Assembly (NCBI RefSeq): GCF_009914755.1
Contig: NC_060936.1
Source: the human T2T-CHM13v2.0 reference genome, Homo sapiens
Length of the DNA: 64,000 nucleotides
Direction: 5' to 3' (one strand)
The notes below the pieces were generated by a model. It saw nothing but the letters and a program-made list of their open reading frames with translations, had not been told where the DNA came from and ran no database searches. Position numbers and translations under genes: made by a program. Shown here in pieces: positions 12,601-26,719 of the stretch (positions within the stretch are counted from its first letter, which is position 1; every line of letters starts with the position of its first letter).

Positions 12601-13999
12601 AGACAGATGGAGAGCCTCGAGGGAAATACGGGGACTTGGGTCTAATAGTAGAAAGCAGGGCGGGGGCTGGTTGGTGCATTTAACTTGAGGAACTTTTCAG
12701 TCTCACTACAGAGAATGATCTCTGGGGGATTATGGCAATGGCCACAGGTGGCACTTAACTAGAGCCAGGTATGTAAGAGGCCCTGGGGCTAGATATGGAT
12801 TCGAATCTCGGCTCTGATATCTACCAGCAGTAGAATGCCAGCACGTTCCACAACCTTTCTATAACCATTCTCCTGGACTACTAAGTAGGGATGACAATAA
12901 CAGTCACTAATTAATAGGGCTGTTATGAGAATTATGAGTCTTAACCCATGTGGTGAGTTCACAAGCGCACCCGGCACGTAGTAAGTGCTCAGTAAATGTT
13001 AGCCCCGCTCATTAGGTTAGATGGTGAGCAGAACTTTCCAAGTGCTAGGCTTGAGAGCCTGGGACTCTGTTGCCAAGGGAGATTAGAGAACCTTTGCAAA
13101 TATGGGCGCTCCGGCCCTGGGGATTGTCCAGAACGAGAGTGTGGCGCCTGCCTTTCTGCCACCTCACTCATCCGACCCGGGGAAACCCACACCCTGTCAC
13201 AGGGGCGCCTTGGTCCCCGGAGTCTCCGGCTCGGCCACGTCTCCCGCGCGCCTCCCCGGGGCCTCCCTCTCGCCGCTCCACACCTGTCAGCCGCTCTCGC
13301 AGCAGCCCTGTGGCCCGAGCCCGGGGCCTCAGCTGCAACCCCTTCGCACCCTGGATCCTCGCTCCGCGCGCCTGGCGTATCCCCGACCCGGCTGCTGTCG
13401 TAAACAAAACCGGGCGTTGGAGCAGCACCGCGGGCGGACGGGCGCGGGAGCCCGCTCCGTGCGCCGTTAGCGCGCCCCGGGAGCCCCAGGCGAGCCAAGG
13501 GGGCGATGGTGGCGGCCGCGGCGGCCGCGGCGGGCGGCTGAGCTTTGTTATGAATAGATGAAAGAGGCCACCTACACAGTAACCCAAATTACGAGACCTC
13601 CCTCCTCCCTATCTCACCGAATCAAGAGGGGAGGGGAGATGGGCGTGGAGGGAGGGCGGGCGGGCGGGCAGGAGGCGGAGGGCGGAGGAGGAAGAGAGGA
13701 TGAGGAAGGGGGCCAGTTGCATCCCACTTTCACAATGGGAAAGTGAAACGCACAAGCGCACCCAACCTCTCCAGCCCTCCCCGCCCGCCTCGCTCCTCTC
13801 CGCCCGTCCCCTCCCTTCCCCTCCGCGCCTCCCCGCGAGCGCCAGCGCTGCACACAGGAACTCTCCGGCGAAGGAGGGCGAGGAGGAAACGGTGCCGGAG
13901 CGCGCAGGGCTTGCTGCCGCCACCGCCGCTGCACAGGCTGCCGGAGCGAGCCTGCCGCGCGCCGCCCTCCCCGCTCTCCTTCCTGGGCGAGCTGCGGGG

Positions 14000-14077
14000 A
14001 TGGGGCGGCCGCGGGAGCCCGAGCGCGCGCAGGAACCGCCGCCGCCGCCGCCCGCGTCTCCGTTGCCGCGCGCCTGA
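14000..14077 (+). other. Upstream ORF in PLXNC1 5' UTR (25 aa, MGRPREPERAQEPPPPPPASPLPRA)
   Basis: gggATGg at 14000 to TGA at 14075-14077; ends 49 nt before the main ATG. Confidence 0.7.
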
Positions 14078-14126
14078 GCCGCCGTCGCCGCCGCGCGCCC
14101 TGCCCGGGGGCGGCCCCCCCAGCCCC

Positions 14127-15188
14127 ATGGAGGTCTCCCGGAGGAAGGCGCCGCCGCGCCCCCCGCGCCCCGCAGCGCCACTGCCCCTGCTCGCCTATCT
14201 GCTGGCACTGGCGGCTCCCGGCCGGGGCGCGGACGAGCCCGTGTGGCGGTCGGAGCAAGCCATCGGAGCCATCGCGGCGAGCCAGGAGGACGGCGTGTTT
14301 GTGGCGAGCGGCAGCTGCCTGGACCAGCTGGACTACAGCCTGGAGCACAGCCTCTCGCGCCTGTACCGGGACCAAGCGGGCAACTGCACAGAGCCGGTCT
14401 CGCTGGCGCCCCCCGCGCGGCCCCGGCCCGGGAGCAGCTTCAGCAAGCTGCTGCTGCCCTACCGCGAGGGGGCGGCCGGCCTCGGGGGGCTGCTGCTCAC
14501 CGGCTGGACCTTCGACCGGGGCGCCTGCGAGGTGCGGCCCCTGGGCAACCTGAGCCGCAACTCCCTGCGCAACGGCACCGAGGTGGTGTCGTGCCACCCG
14601 CAGGGCTCGACGGCCGGCGTGGTGTACCGCGCGGGCCGGAACAACCGCTGGTACCTGGCGGTGGCCGCCACCTACGTGCTGCCTGAGCCGGAGACGGCGA
14701 GCCGCTGCAACCCCGCGGCATCCGACCACGACACGGCCATCGCGCTCAAGGACACGGAGGGGCGCAGCCTGGCCACGCAGGAGCTGGGGCGCCTCAAGCT
14801 GTGCGAGGGCGCGGGCAGCCTGCACTTCGTGGACGCCTTTCTCTGGAACGGCAGCATCTACTTCCCCTACTACCCCTACAACTATACGAGCGGCGCTGCC
14901 ACCGGCTGGCCCAGCATGGCGCGCATCGCGCAGAGCACCGAGGTGCTGTTCCAGGGCCAGGCATCCCTCGACTGCGGCCACGGCCACCCCGACGGCCGCC
15001 GCCTGCTCCTCTCCTCCAGCCTAGTGGAGGCCCTGGACGTCTGGGCGGGAGTGTTCAGCGCGGCCGCTGGAGAGGGCCAGGAGCGGCGCTCCCCCACCAC
15101 CACGGCGCTCTGCCTCTTCAGAATGAGTGAGATCCAGGCGCGCGCCAAGAGGGTCAGCTGGGACTTCAAGACGGCCGAGAGCCACTGC
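14127..15188 (+). CDS. PLXNC1: Plexin C1 coding exon 1 (signal peptide + most of Sema domain, 354 codons)
   Basis: ATG at 14127, MEVSRRKAPPRPPRPAAPLPLLAYLLALAAPGRGADEPVWRSEQAIGAIAASQEDGVFVASGSCLDQLD...WDFKTAESHC recognised as plexin C1; donor TGC|GTAAGT at 15188/15189, phase 0. Confidence 0.97.
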
Positions 15189-18100
15189 GTAAGTCCTGCC
15201 CCCGGGGCGCCGCGGAGAGCGCTGCTGCCGGGGAGCCGCCGCCGCCGCCGAGGCAGAACGAGCTGGGGGCGAGCGGCGGGGCGGGGGTACAGCCGGGTGA
15301 CATTTACCAGGTCTCAGGTTCACACCGCGGGCGGCCGTCCGAAGGCTCCTCTCGGACGGTCCCCGAGACCTGGAGCACGGCCTGAGGTCCCCAAAGGGAG
15401 AGTGTAAAAAGGGGGGCGGGGAGGGTTGGAGTTAGACTCAAAACTCTAGTGGCTGCATCCCATTGCCATCCTTCCCTGTCCAAACGGGGACGCTTGTTTG
15501 GGGCTGAGTCTCCTCGCGCAGCCCCTCTTTCCCATTCGCTTCTCCAGACTTCTCTGTGCCCCTTCCGTGTAGTCCCAGCAGGCGTGTGGGTCTGACCCTC
15601 TTGGTCAACAGTTAGCAACACAGTGCCCTCGGCAGAGAAGCCATTGAACCTAAAGGGCTCCCTGCCACACCCCAGCCTTTGTGGCCCCCTGTCTCCGCCC
15701 CCCACCGGCAACGCAAGTGCTGTGGTCTGAAGAGTTGCTAGCCCGCTCAGCGTGGAGAAATGCCAGCCTGCAACAGAGGCTTGCGCTGGAACCGAACCCC
15801 TGGCGTGAGCCGGTGCGAGGGGGCGGTGCCGTGGCTCTGCTCAGGGTGCGCTGTGGTCGCCAGCCGCCGGGAGAGGCTGGGCGGGAGGTGGCCTTGTGGT
15901 AAAAGCCTCATCCTAGAGGGGAGCGCAAGGGAAAGTGTTGGGGGTGCTACAGGCAGTTTCTGGGCTCCAGATTGCGAGACTAGATGGCGGGACTCAGAGT
16001 CACCACCCTCGGGCTGAACCAGGCAAGCGATACAGGTTTCCCCTGGGCTCCCAGGGCAGCCACAGCTTTTATCTTGAGATTGGCATTTCTTTGACTGGAA
16101 AATAAAGAGGCAGTTCAAGAGGGTCCAGTTGATGGGGATTATGGAGCCATTGTGCACTTCTCCGGAGGCCGTTTCCCTTCCAAGGCGGCTGGCACATCAA
16201 CTCCACATATGGCTCCTGAGAGGGGAGCCTGCTGGGAGCCTCCTTTATAACTGGACAAAAATCAAAGCGCAGAAATTAACGGCTACAGGTGTTGCCATTG
16301 TTTTGGTACAAAATGAATCAGAGAGGAAGGGGAGAAGTCACTGCTTGGAAAATGTGTTGATACAGGGGCACGTTGGCTCCCAGGTATATTAATATGTGTA
16401 TAGAAAGACAGCTTCCCCCACCCCCTTCTTTCTCTGCAAAGCACATCTTACCAAATATTAGCCCTATGAGCCAGGGAGAAAAAAACCAGGAGGTCTTTTG
16501 CAAGGCTTCTTAGAACGGTCACTTGCTGCTGCTTCTTTGCCTGTCAAGCTGTGTGCTGGGACACACACATTAAGGCCTTCATTTTGTTACTGGTATAATT
16601 TTTAAAAATATGTAAAAACACATATTTGCCTCCTAAATGACTTGCTGTTGCCGTACACATATAATGTAATATTTGATTCCTGTCTTTATTAGATCTTTAT
16701 AATCTAACGGTTTAAGTTTGGTAAAATTATCGTTTCCTACTTCTCTGTTGAAAGACTTGAAAGTACCCCCGAAATATTACTTTGTGTCAAGCTTTAGACA
16801 CACTTAGTCTCTGGGGTTAATGACAAGCCAGCTCAGAGGCCCACAGCAGGTAATGAGGGTGAAAGTCCAAGCTTTGCCATCTGACAGCTGTGTCGATGTG
16901 TGGAGCCAAAACATTTCTCTTGACTGCGTCTCTCTACCTATTGGGTCCTGGAAGACTCAGTTCCCTTCCAAACCCAGCCAGCATCTTGAATGCACTCAAA
17001 ATCCACGTTTTGGCTCAATCAGGTGTTCCTGCTTGTGCCGGGATGGGGAGGGGCAGTGGCAGAGGAAGTCGCGGAGCTTCTGCGAGAGAGCTGCCCCTTG
17101 GAAATCAAGCAAAGGATAAACACATGCTGCCAAAAATCTGGAACTGGAAAAATAAATAATTAAAATGGGTCCCTCCACAGCATTTCTTGCTGCTATTTAT
17201 CAAGAACTCCCAGTGTGCTCAGAGCTGTGTGTTCTGAAAGACAGGGTCTGTACCCCCTGAGCTTGTCAGCCAAGTTAAATAATATACTCTGGTTCAAACA
17301 ATAGCATGTCATGGCTGCACAGGTGGGAGCTTGGAGCTTTGCATTTTTTTTTCATTTAAGTAAATTCCTTGCTGCTAGTATGCATTGAAAAGCCTTAATG
17401 GAATTGAATTTCAAGAGGAGTTTGAATGAAAAAGGGTGGTAGTTTTGATGAAAAAGCTGACAATTTTCTAACCTATTAAATAGGTAGAGAAGATACTCAA
17501 TTCAACAAATATTTGTTTGATGCCTGCTAGTGTAAGCAATGCTCTGTGCTGGGTGCCACTGATTTTGCCACTGAAAGGACGATAGCAGATTGCAACCTTG
17601 TGTAATGGGGTCATGGGATCAGTGTGCCCCTGGCTGTCACTCAGAAGAATGATGTCATTTGATTGCATTTGTTCTGCATTTTATTTTCAGGTCTTGAATG
17701 TGTTTTTGAAAAGGCATGCTGAATTATAGGTGCCTAAAACAGGAGCAGGACTTGAAACACTCTAGAGGGAACCTCAATAGATTCCAACAGCGATTCCTTT
17801 AGAGCAGACACAGTAATTTTAACAGTAATCCACAGGCTGCAAGGCACAAGCGGCTGGATTTGCTTGCCTTCTTTCTCCCTCTCCTCCTAGCTGGCTCTTA
17901 TTTTCCGTCTTCAATCAGCCATAGGTAGAAAAGTGACAGGACTGACTGGGTTGTATTTTCCCACTTTCTGGTTCTCTTATCTCTTGTCACTGATCCTCCT
18001 CTCCTTCAGCTTCTGCTAAGCAGTGATTTACGAGATGCTTGTGTAATGAGTGTGTACTCAGCTGTTTACACACTGGACCATTACTTTTTCTGCCTTGCCA

Positions 18101-20409
18101 CCAACTTTGAATCCACTTTCATAACTGTAGCAGGTTAACTGCAGCTCTCAAATGTGCTAAGGCAACCGATTTCTGTAGACCCTCTCTCTAATAATCTTCT
18201 GTGATATTTGTACAGCACTTCCACATGTATTATTTCTTTTGAGCCCCGCATCAAGTCTGAGGTTGATTCTATGGGGATGATTTCATTTTCCAGATGAGGA
18301 GGCTAAAGATCCGTTAAGCAGCTTGCTCAAGATAGTTAAGTGCCAAAGCCCTCCACCTTAAATCCAGGTCTTCCAATGTCTACATCTCTACTCTTCCCAC
18401 CACCCCAGGGTTTCTCGAACTTTCCCTTGAAGGTCCCCTAATTAAATTGGCAGCAAACAACCTCCCCTAGGATGTGGGGTTGAGGCTAGAGGGTAACCTC
18501 AGAAGGCAGTACATGCCTCTAATCTTGGCTTGTGTTTTAGAACTTCATGTGGTCTCTTTCCTTTTTTTCATTCTTTTTTATAACACACCTGTGCTTGGAT
18601 TAGTATAAAAATGAATGTTTTTAATTATGCACAAGTTAATCAATTTGACTTCCTACCTTTCTGAACTCTCACTACCCCTGGCACACCAACGTGATACACA
18701 GAAAGTGTTTGTGTTCGAGTTTGTGGAGTCTGATTGCTCCAGACTTGTTTGGCCACCATTGTTGGGTTCTGGGGTCACTCGTGGTTTAAACATGGCAGCC
18801 ACCCCTCGGTAGACATTGAGGGTAGTACGTTTTCCTGCAGTATTGGTCCCCAGGACTCTAGATCATTCTAGTTTGTTCTCTAGTTCATTCTACCCTTTGT
18901 AGGGGGACATACCGCCTTCTTCCACGCCTACATAATTCTAAAGCCTGACATAATTTAACTGTCATGCAGACAACCACAGAATGCTCACATGCTGCCCAAC
19001 AGAGAGCAACCCAAGGAACATGTGTGGAGAAGTGACATCCCAGTTCCACTTGGCGATGCAGCCTATTGACCTCAAAATCCGCAGTCTTCTTGTGATGTTT
19101 ATTTCTCTTCCAGCTTCTGTTATGATTTTGTCAAGCCATTTTGCAGTCTATAGACTAGATGGTGATTTTACCCTCATATACACATATTATATGCAAAAAT
19201 GGATTCAAAAAGGACAATTGCCATGACAGCACCCACTTAGAAAGAGGGGAAAGCAATCATAGCTACTATCTACTGAATAGTTATTATGGCCAGGTTTTGT
19301 GTGAAGCAATTTACATGCCTTATTTTCTGTTGATTCTCATTCACCATATGGGGCAAGGACTGTAGTTATCATGATGATTAGAGATGAGAAAATTAAGGCC
19401 CAGAGAGCTTCTGTTAGGTTCCATAGCCGGAAAATAGCAGAGGATTTAGAACCTGGGTGGTCCAGCTCTACGACCTGAGCTTTTAGCCACCTTACAAGTC
19501 TATATTAAGGAGCCCTACCCTATTACTATTAATAATCATGATGGTGATGATAGTAAAGACATCCAAAGCACACGGCATTTTCTATGGGTCAAGTAGTGCT
19601 TATTCTATACACATTAACTCATGAATCCAGAGAATATTGCTGTCAAGGAAATGGGATTCCCCACTTATAAATAAAGAAACCAAAGCACGAAGGGTTAAAT
19701 AATTACTACATGCAATAATGTGTACATGTCCACTGCCATGGACAGTCTGTCAGCATGGACATTAGGTCCTGATGTCAACCCTAACCTGTATGGAGCAAGC
19801 TAAGCCCTTGCAACTGCTATGCTAAGACCAGCTTTTTGTGGACACAGGCATAGGATAGCAGAGAATCCTTAGTTATGAGCTGAGTTTCTAGGTTTGCATT
19901 GGTGACCACCTGAAGTTCTGACTCTGGCAGGATTGTAGTTTCTTAACTGTGAACTTCTAGACAGTGTTGGTGTTCTGATCTATACATCATCTCAAAGGGT
20001 GTTCTCTGTTGAACCCCCCATACCTAGCATAGTACCCAGTATGTAGTTGGGACTTCAGAAATATTTGTTGAATGAATAAATGAAGGATCGTAGAGAATCA
20101 TGTTGGAAATGTTTTCTCTACTCAGCAGCAACACTTTCTGGGAGTCTGGTCACCTCATACTCCCTTAATCATTGTCTTTTTCTTAATGCCTGATGTGTCA
20201 GGGCCCCTTCCTTCCTTAGTTTTAGGTTACATGGTGTCCTTTACTCCTTCACCTCTTCCCAGGTACTTCCATTCATTGGAATACCAGGCTTCTGGTGTTG
20301 CCAATCTGAGAGTTACTTTTGACCATGGAAACCTAGCATGGTTGGAACTTCTATGGTGTAATTTTTGATTGCCTTTCAACTATGAGAGGAAAGGGCTTTA
20401 TGCTGTAGG

Positions 20410-20603
20410 CAGTGGTCCTTAAAGTGTGGACTGTGGCCCAGCAGCATGAATATCACCTGGGAACTTGCTAGAAATGCACATTCTTGGACCCTACACCAGA
20501 CTTACTAAATCAGAAGCTCTGGAGGTTGGGGTGGGACTGGCAATCTGTATTTTAGCAAGCTCTCAACGTGATTTGAAGTCATGCTTAGGTTTAAGAACCA
20601 CTA
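20410..20603. mobile_element. MER5A (hAT-Charlie) DNA transposon relic
   Basis: cagtggtccttaaagtgtgg...atcacctgggaacttgctagaaatgca...tttaagaaccact, with terminal inverted repeats. Confidence 0.8.
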
Positions 20604-21631
20604 TTGTAAGATAAAACAATTTTCCTTGTGTTCCAACTGAGGCACCTAGGATAGGAACTTGTCGCATTTTTTTTCCCCTTGCATTTTACTTAGGGCCATA
20701 AAAAGTAACCAACACATTTTACCACCTGATATTCCTTATTCCCTCCTCACTGATCAAAGGCAGTACCTAGAAAGCCCTTTAAAGACTTGCCATTTTTGGG
20801 CTTAGAGTCTGAGTCTCAAAAACCTGTAAGCCATAGTTTAATTAGCTCCTTCACTCTTGCATATAACAGTTTATTTGTATTTCACTCCCAGATGTGGGGG
20901 GATGTCTAGAGTCGTCTATTGTGCTGTACGCCAGAACCAATTCCGCACACCAGACATTCTCTCCAAGGGTCCATTCTTTACAACATCAGTCCTGTTACCA
21001 ATTTCTATCCTAGTCATGTACAGTTGGTTGCATGGAATAAAGATCTACTTGAGTAAGGTCAGATAAAGGGATGAGGGATATTGTGGACAGAAACACATGG
21101 AATTACATGGTAATCTAGGAATAAAAGCAATGCTGTGTTATGGTTATGTGCACAGTCACTGGAACCAGGTCAATTGGGACCAAAGCTACCAGTTACCAGT
21201 TGTGGGACTGTAGACAAATTATTCAACCTTTCTGTGCCTCAGTTTCTTATCTATAAATAGTGATCCTCTTGGTTTCATAGGATTATTGTCTGGATTCACG
21301 AGTTAATAAGTATAGAATGAATACTACTAACTACTTAACTCATAGTAAATGTTATGTCTGTGTTTACTATCATCACCATCATTACTACTAATAGTGTTAG
21401 GACGGGCTCCTTGATATGCAGTTGGAAGGTGGTTCCACATTCAAGGCAGCTTAAAGGAGCTCAGTCAGCATCAGCAAATGATGGATGCTCCTTCCTTAGT
21501 CTCCCTGTTAACATGACTTAGCCTGGCTGCTTTGCACCATCCTCCTACCAAATAACCTCCTCTGCTTCCTCAAACATCTACTCCCTCCCACCTGAGTATG
21601 CCTCAGGCCTGCCTTGATCCCCACTGTCTAT

Positions 21632-22304
<673 letters not shown>

Positions 22305-22885
22305 TAGGGATTTGTAACCCTTGGGGCAGGTGCTGGCCCCTGGTCCGACTAGAAGAGGATCAAACATGCAATTGTCCCCAGCAGGTGCTGCAGGTGGATT
22401 CCCTTAGAACAGGATGGCGGAAGAGCCACACCAAGACCAACATCTTGATTACAGTAGCATACAGTAGTGTCAAATCTGCCTCCCTTAAAGTTTTTTGATG
22501 ACCACTCCCTTCCCCAAACATGCATTGGCACACAGATGATGAAGACTGGGAAACCCCAAAGTCGACTTGGGAACAGTGTGTGGCCAGCATGGGTCTAACC
22601 TGTTCATCAAAGTGGGGCCATGGAATGGTAGGTTTTCTTATTATGTTTTTTATGAAATGTGCTTATCATTTTTCTTAGTTTTAATTTTCTATCTTGATGA
22701 AATGCTAATTTTTACATGATCACAAAAACAAATAGAACTGTGACATTCATTTTTCAGTTTCAGTAGCTGATTTTCATGTTGGTTGGATTGTCTGTTCAAT
22801 AGCTACACATAGTGCTTTCCTTAGAGAAGTTACTAGGGGGATGTGGCCCTATTTCCATCCCACCACCCTGGTCAATGCTGTTATG

Positions 22886-23220
22886 CAGGGGTCAGCAAAC
22901 TCTTTCTGTAAAGGGCCAGATCATCAATATTTTCGGCTTTGCAGGCTGCATACAGTCTCTATCACAACTGCTCAATTCTGCTGCTGTAGTGTGAACACAG
23001 CCATGGACAATACATAAATGAGCAGGTAGGGCTGTGTTCCATTAAAATGTTATGGACACCGAAATGTGAATTCCCTGTAATTTTCACTTGTCATGAGTTA
23101 TTCTTTTTTTGATTCTTTTCAACCATTTTAAAATGCAAAAGCTATTCTTAGCTCATGGGCCGTTTGAAAAACAGGCAACAAGCCAGATTTGGCCCACAGG
23201 TGGTGGTTTGTTGACTCCTG
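22886..23220. mobile_element. MER58-type hAT DNA transposon
   Basis: TIRs caggggtcagcaaac / gtttgttgactcctg; degenerate 8-bp TSD ctgttatg / ctattata. Confidence 0.85.
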
Positions 23221-23667
23221 CTATTATAGAAAGAATGAGAGTAAAACAAACCTTTCCCATACAGTCTGATGCTCATGGCAAGAGAGACGTGACCAAAAGC
23301 TGCCGTGGAAGTCCCAAAAAGAGGCACTACTCTCAGCCTGGGAGGATCTGGGAGGCTTCAGAGAGGTAATGCTTGAGCTGCATCTTGAAGCTGAGTGGAG
23401 AAGGCAGAGAAGGGAGTTCTAGAGAGAAGGCACAGCTTGTGCACAAGCAGGAAGTTGAGTAAGCCTGGGAGCCACAAGCAGCTCACCAGGCTGCGGAATG
23501 TCCAGAAACGAGTGTGCAGGTCCAGATGGTGAAGGGCTTAATGAGACGGGCAAAGGTGGTTGGATTTTATCCTGATGGTTGGTCCTCTAGACTTTCCAAA
23601 CCTTGCCTTTAAAATAAATTATCAATCGGAAGCTCCCTATGAGAAAAAGGTTAGAAAATTATCATTA

Positions 23668-23930
23668 GGCAGGGAGCAGATGGCGCATGCCCATAATCCC
23701 AGCACCTTGGGTGGCCAAGACGGGTGGATCACTTGAGCCCAGGAGTTTTAAGACTAGCCTGGGCAACGTAGCAAGACCCCATCTCTACAAAAATAAAAAT
23801 AAAAATCTTAGCCAGGTGTAGTGGCACATATTTGTAGTCCAACTGCTTGGGAGTCTGAGACAGGGAGATCGCTTGAGCCCGGGAGTTAAAATCCAGCCTG
23901 AACAACGTAACACGACCCTGTCTCTTGAGA
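23668..23930 (+). mobile_element. AluJ-type element with shortened right arm
   Basis: Dimeric Alu; TSD aaaattatcatt on both sides. Confidence 0.88.
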
Positions 23931-24229
23931 AAAATTATCATTGACTTGGTTCTTTTTGTAAGACCAATTACCAAGCGCTGGGAACATGGGAGGAAGCAGG
24001 GGTTGGGAGTTTCCGGAGCCCTACAACTTGCCACACCCCATCCGGGCCTGTCCCTGAGGCATCTCCAAGGAACTTCTAGAGCAGGGTGTGAAAACCATGG
24101 CTAAGGTTGATGGAGTAAAACAGCGGGATTATAAACAGACACAATCTGAATGTGTTCTAGAAAGATTACTCAGAAGATAAAGTGGCTGCAATAAGGTTGG
24201 AGGCAAAGCACCTTATTAGAAGGACTATC

Positions 24230-25230
24230 ATTTGTTCGAATACTTTCTTGAGCTCCTATTATGTGCCAAGCAATGTGTGGAGACATTTATATCATGGTAA
24301 ATAGGGTAGACAATAAACATTTGGCAAATTAATAGTTACTTTTACATTAAGATGATAGCTAAAATTTACAGCTCACCTACTGTATATCATTATTCTAAGC
24401 ACTTTACCAATATTAACTCATCTAATCCTCACTGCAACTTTACAAAATGGGCTGTATTATTACTACCATTTTAAAGATGAAGAAACGGAGGCACTTCACT
24501 AAACAGGTAATGTAGCAGAGGCATTTGGGGGTTGCAGGTGTTGGGGTAAGTTCTCTTTAAGGAGGCCGAATTGACACCAGGAAGATAAGAAAGGCCGGTT
24601 GCAGGTTTCCCTTGCAGATCTGGGAAGAGCAGTGCTGGCAGACTGGAGGGCATGTGCAAGAACTCAAAGATGGAACATCCTGGTCTTGGTGGTTGTGGAG
24701 AGCAAAATGCTAGTGTGGTTGAGGCTAGGGAGGTAGAGGAGAGAGTATGAGGGGAGGAGGCTGGAGAAGGAAGCAGCAGGCCCAGCCTGCAGGCCTCCTT
24801 GGCAATGGGAAGGAGATTAGATTTTCTTCTCCGAGCACAGGAGAGCCTTTGAAGGGAAGTGAAATGATTGGATTTGAATTCCTAAATAACGGCTGCCCTG
24901 TGGGGAATGGATGAGAGATTGGCCACAGCGGAAGAAGGAAAACCTGCAGGAGGCTCTTGCAGTAGTCCAGACAAGAAATAATGTCACCTTGGCCACGAGC
25001 AGTGGTGACAAATATGGAGAGAAACAGATGGATTTTGTTTATTGCAATCATTCAACTGAGGGACGTTGAAGAGCTGAACTGGTTGCAGCAATGAGGATGG
25101 AGAGGAGGGGTGAAGTGAAATAGGTTTTTAAGACGTGGAGGACCAATTAGAGGATGAGTTTAATTTTTGTTGATTTTTAGATGCCTTGGGACATACAGGA
25201 AGACAGGAAGAGTTGCTAAGTAGGGAGTTG
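24230..25230. mobile_element. L2 (with nested MIR) relics
   Basis: cattt...tactttcttgagctcctattatgtgccaag; ggagcctttgaagg...gcagtagtccag L2 motifs; approximate. Confidence 0.55.
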
Positions 25231-26719
25231 GCAATGAAGTTAGGAGTTGGGGATCCACTCTATAAACCTTAGAGTGTGCCAGGCCCTGTGTCAGGCCCCA
25301 CACATCCCTGTTTGGGCTATATGTGCACTGAGGGGAGTAGCCAGGTCTGGCTCATCTTTCTTTCCCAGGCATCTATCAGGTTGGCTAACACATGGTGAGT
25401 GAGCCCTCAGTAAGTGTTTCTAGAACTGGAAAAAAGGTACTCTTCATCTGGTGGAGAAGATAGTGATTATAGCATGGTGAGATGAGTGCGTCCAAGAGGA
25501 GTTGACACTGGGGCTCTGTTTTGAGGAAAAGTAAAAGCTGGGCAGCAACAGGGAAGTGTATTTCCTTTTGACTCCCTTCCCAATTAGCCAGGATTCCTTG
25601 TCATCCCCTGTCTCCCCGCAACCTGACTGAGGAAGCGTGTTACCTAACACACCAGCTGTTCCTGATCATCGCCCCTTGGTCTTCTCCTGAGGCTCCTTTC
25701 TCTATCATTGACCCCTTTTAAAAATTGGATTCCGAGTGCAAAGCCTTGCTTCTCTGAGGCAATAGAGGGGGGAATAGCCTAGAGCAGCTGGTGGCTGTAG
25801 GTGTAACCTAGTGTCAGCCCCCGCACTTAGCAATATGTTTCTTCATAACCCTGCAGAGCTCTTGTGCTGTAGACCTCTAATGCAGCCTGTAGACCCCCTG
25901 ACAGAATAATGTTTTTTAATGCATGAAATGAAAACATTGGATTGCAAAATAGATGTAATATATTAATATATCGATCTATCAAAATGTTTTTTCAATTAAA
26001 GGTATAGTAATGTATCTTAACACATTCAATAGCAAGATATAGAGGCAGTAACTACCATAATTTCAAAGTAGAGATGAGCATAAATGATACTTTGAGATAT
26101 CTGCAACAACTATCAAATAATATGAAAATATCTGATTTCTTTTGGTGACAAAGTCACAGGTTCAGTAAATACTGCTGTGGCCTGAATCCGTGATTAAAGG
26201 AAATGCTAAGTTCCAGTTAGAGCTCCCTGGAATAAAGATTTTTTTTTTTCATCCAGTTTCATGGATTCCCTGAATTCTGTTCATGAACTGTGGATATCAG
26301 TGGAGCCCCACTCTAACCATTCATTTCAGTTACCAAGTGTTTCAGAAACCAATGACATGAAATGCAAAGTTTAGCATTTTATTTCAAAACTCATTTGACT
26401 GGTTTATTTTGACAATAGGGAGTTTGTTCCCATCTGTATTTTACAGATCAAGTACTTGGTCAACAGCAAGTGCTCCATAAATAATAGGTGGATGAGTGGA
26501 TGGGTGGGTGGATGAGTGGATGGGTGGGTAGAGAAAGCTCAGAAAGGATAAATGACTGTCTAAACACTTACAGCTCATAAGTAATAGAGTTTGAACTTGA
26601 AACCACATATTTTTTACTCTAAATCACTTGTTCTTTCTATTCTTCCATGCTACCATCAGCTACTTTTATTTGAAAGGACACAATGATAGGGCATGTTCTT
26701 AAAAATATGCATTTGAATC

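Larger units (their letters stand above)
13100..15420. promoter_or_regulatory. PLXNC1: CpG island / PLXNC1 promoter and exon 1
   Basis: Very high GC and CpG density; GC boxes (gggcgggcgggcggg at 13654-13668); two tandem NotI sites at 13512-13528; no TATA box; TSS not determinable (likely ~13700-13900). Confidence 0.92.

Noticed and set aside
10809-12683. 168-aa and 188-aa ORFs upstream of the promoter
   Set aside because: Non-ATG starts, no homology recognised, no supporting exon structure.
12740-12757. CTCF-like motif ggccacaggtggcact (also weak matches at ~15976 and ~50852)
   Set aside because: Each misses core positions; not supportable without a PWM scan or ChIP data.
13743-14126. 128-codon in-frame extension upstream of the PLXNC1 ATG
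   Set aside because: GTG start, stop-poor GC-rich sequence, and it would bury the signal peptide; the 554-aa ORF call also reads through the exon 1 donor.
13614-14987. 457-aa antisense ORF and other long ORFs over the CpG island
   Set aside because: Expected from very high GC and mirroring of the PLXNC1 codons; low complexity, no domain.
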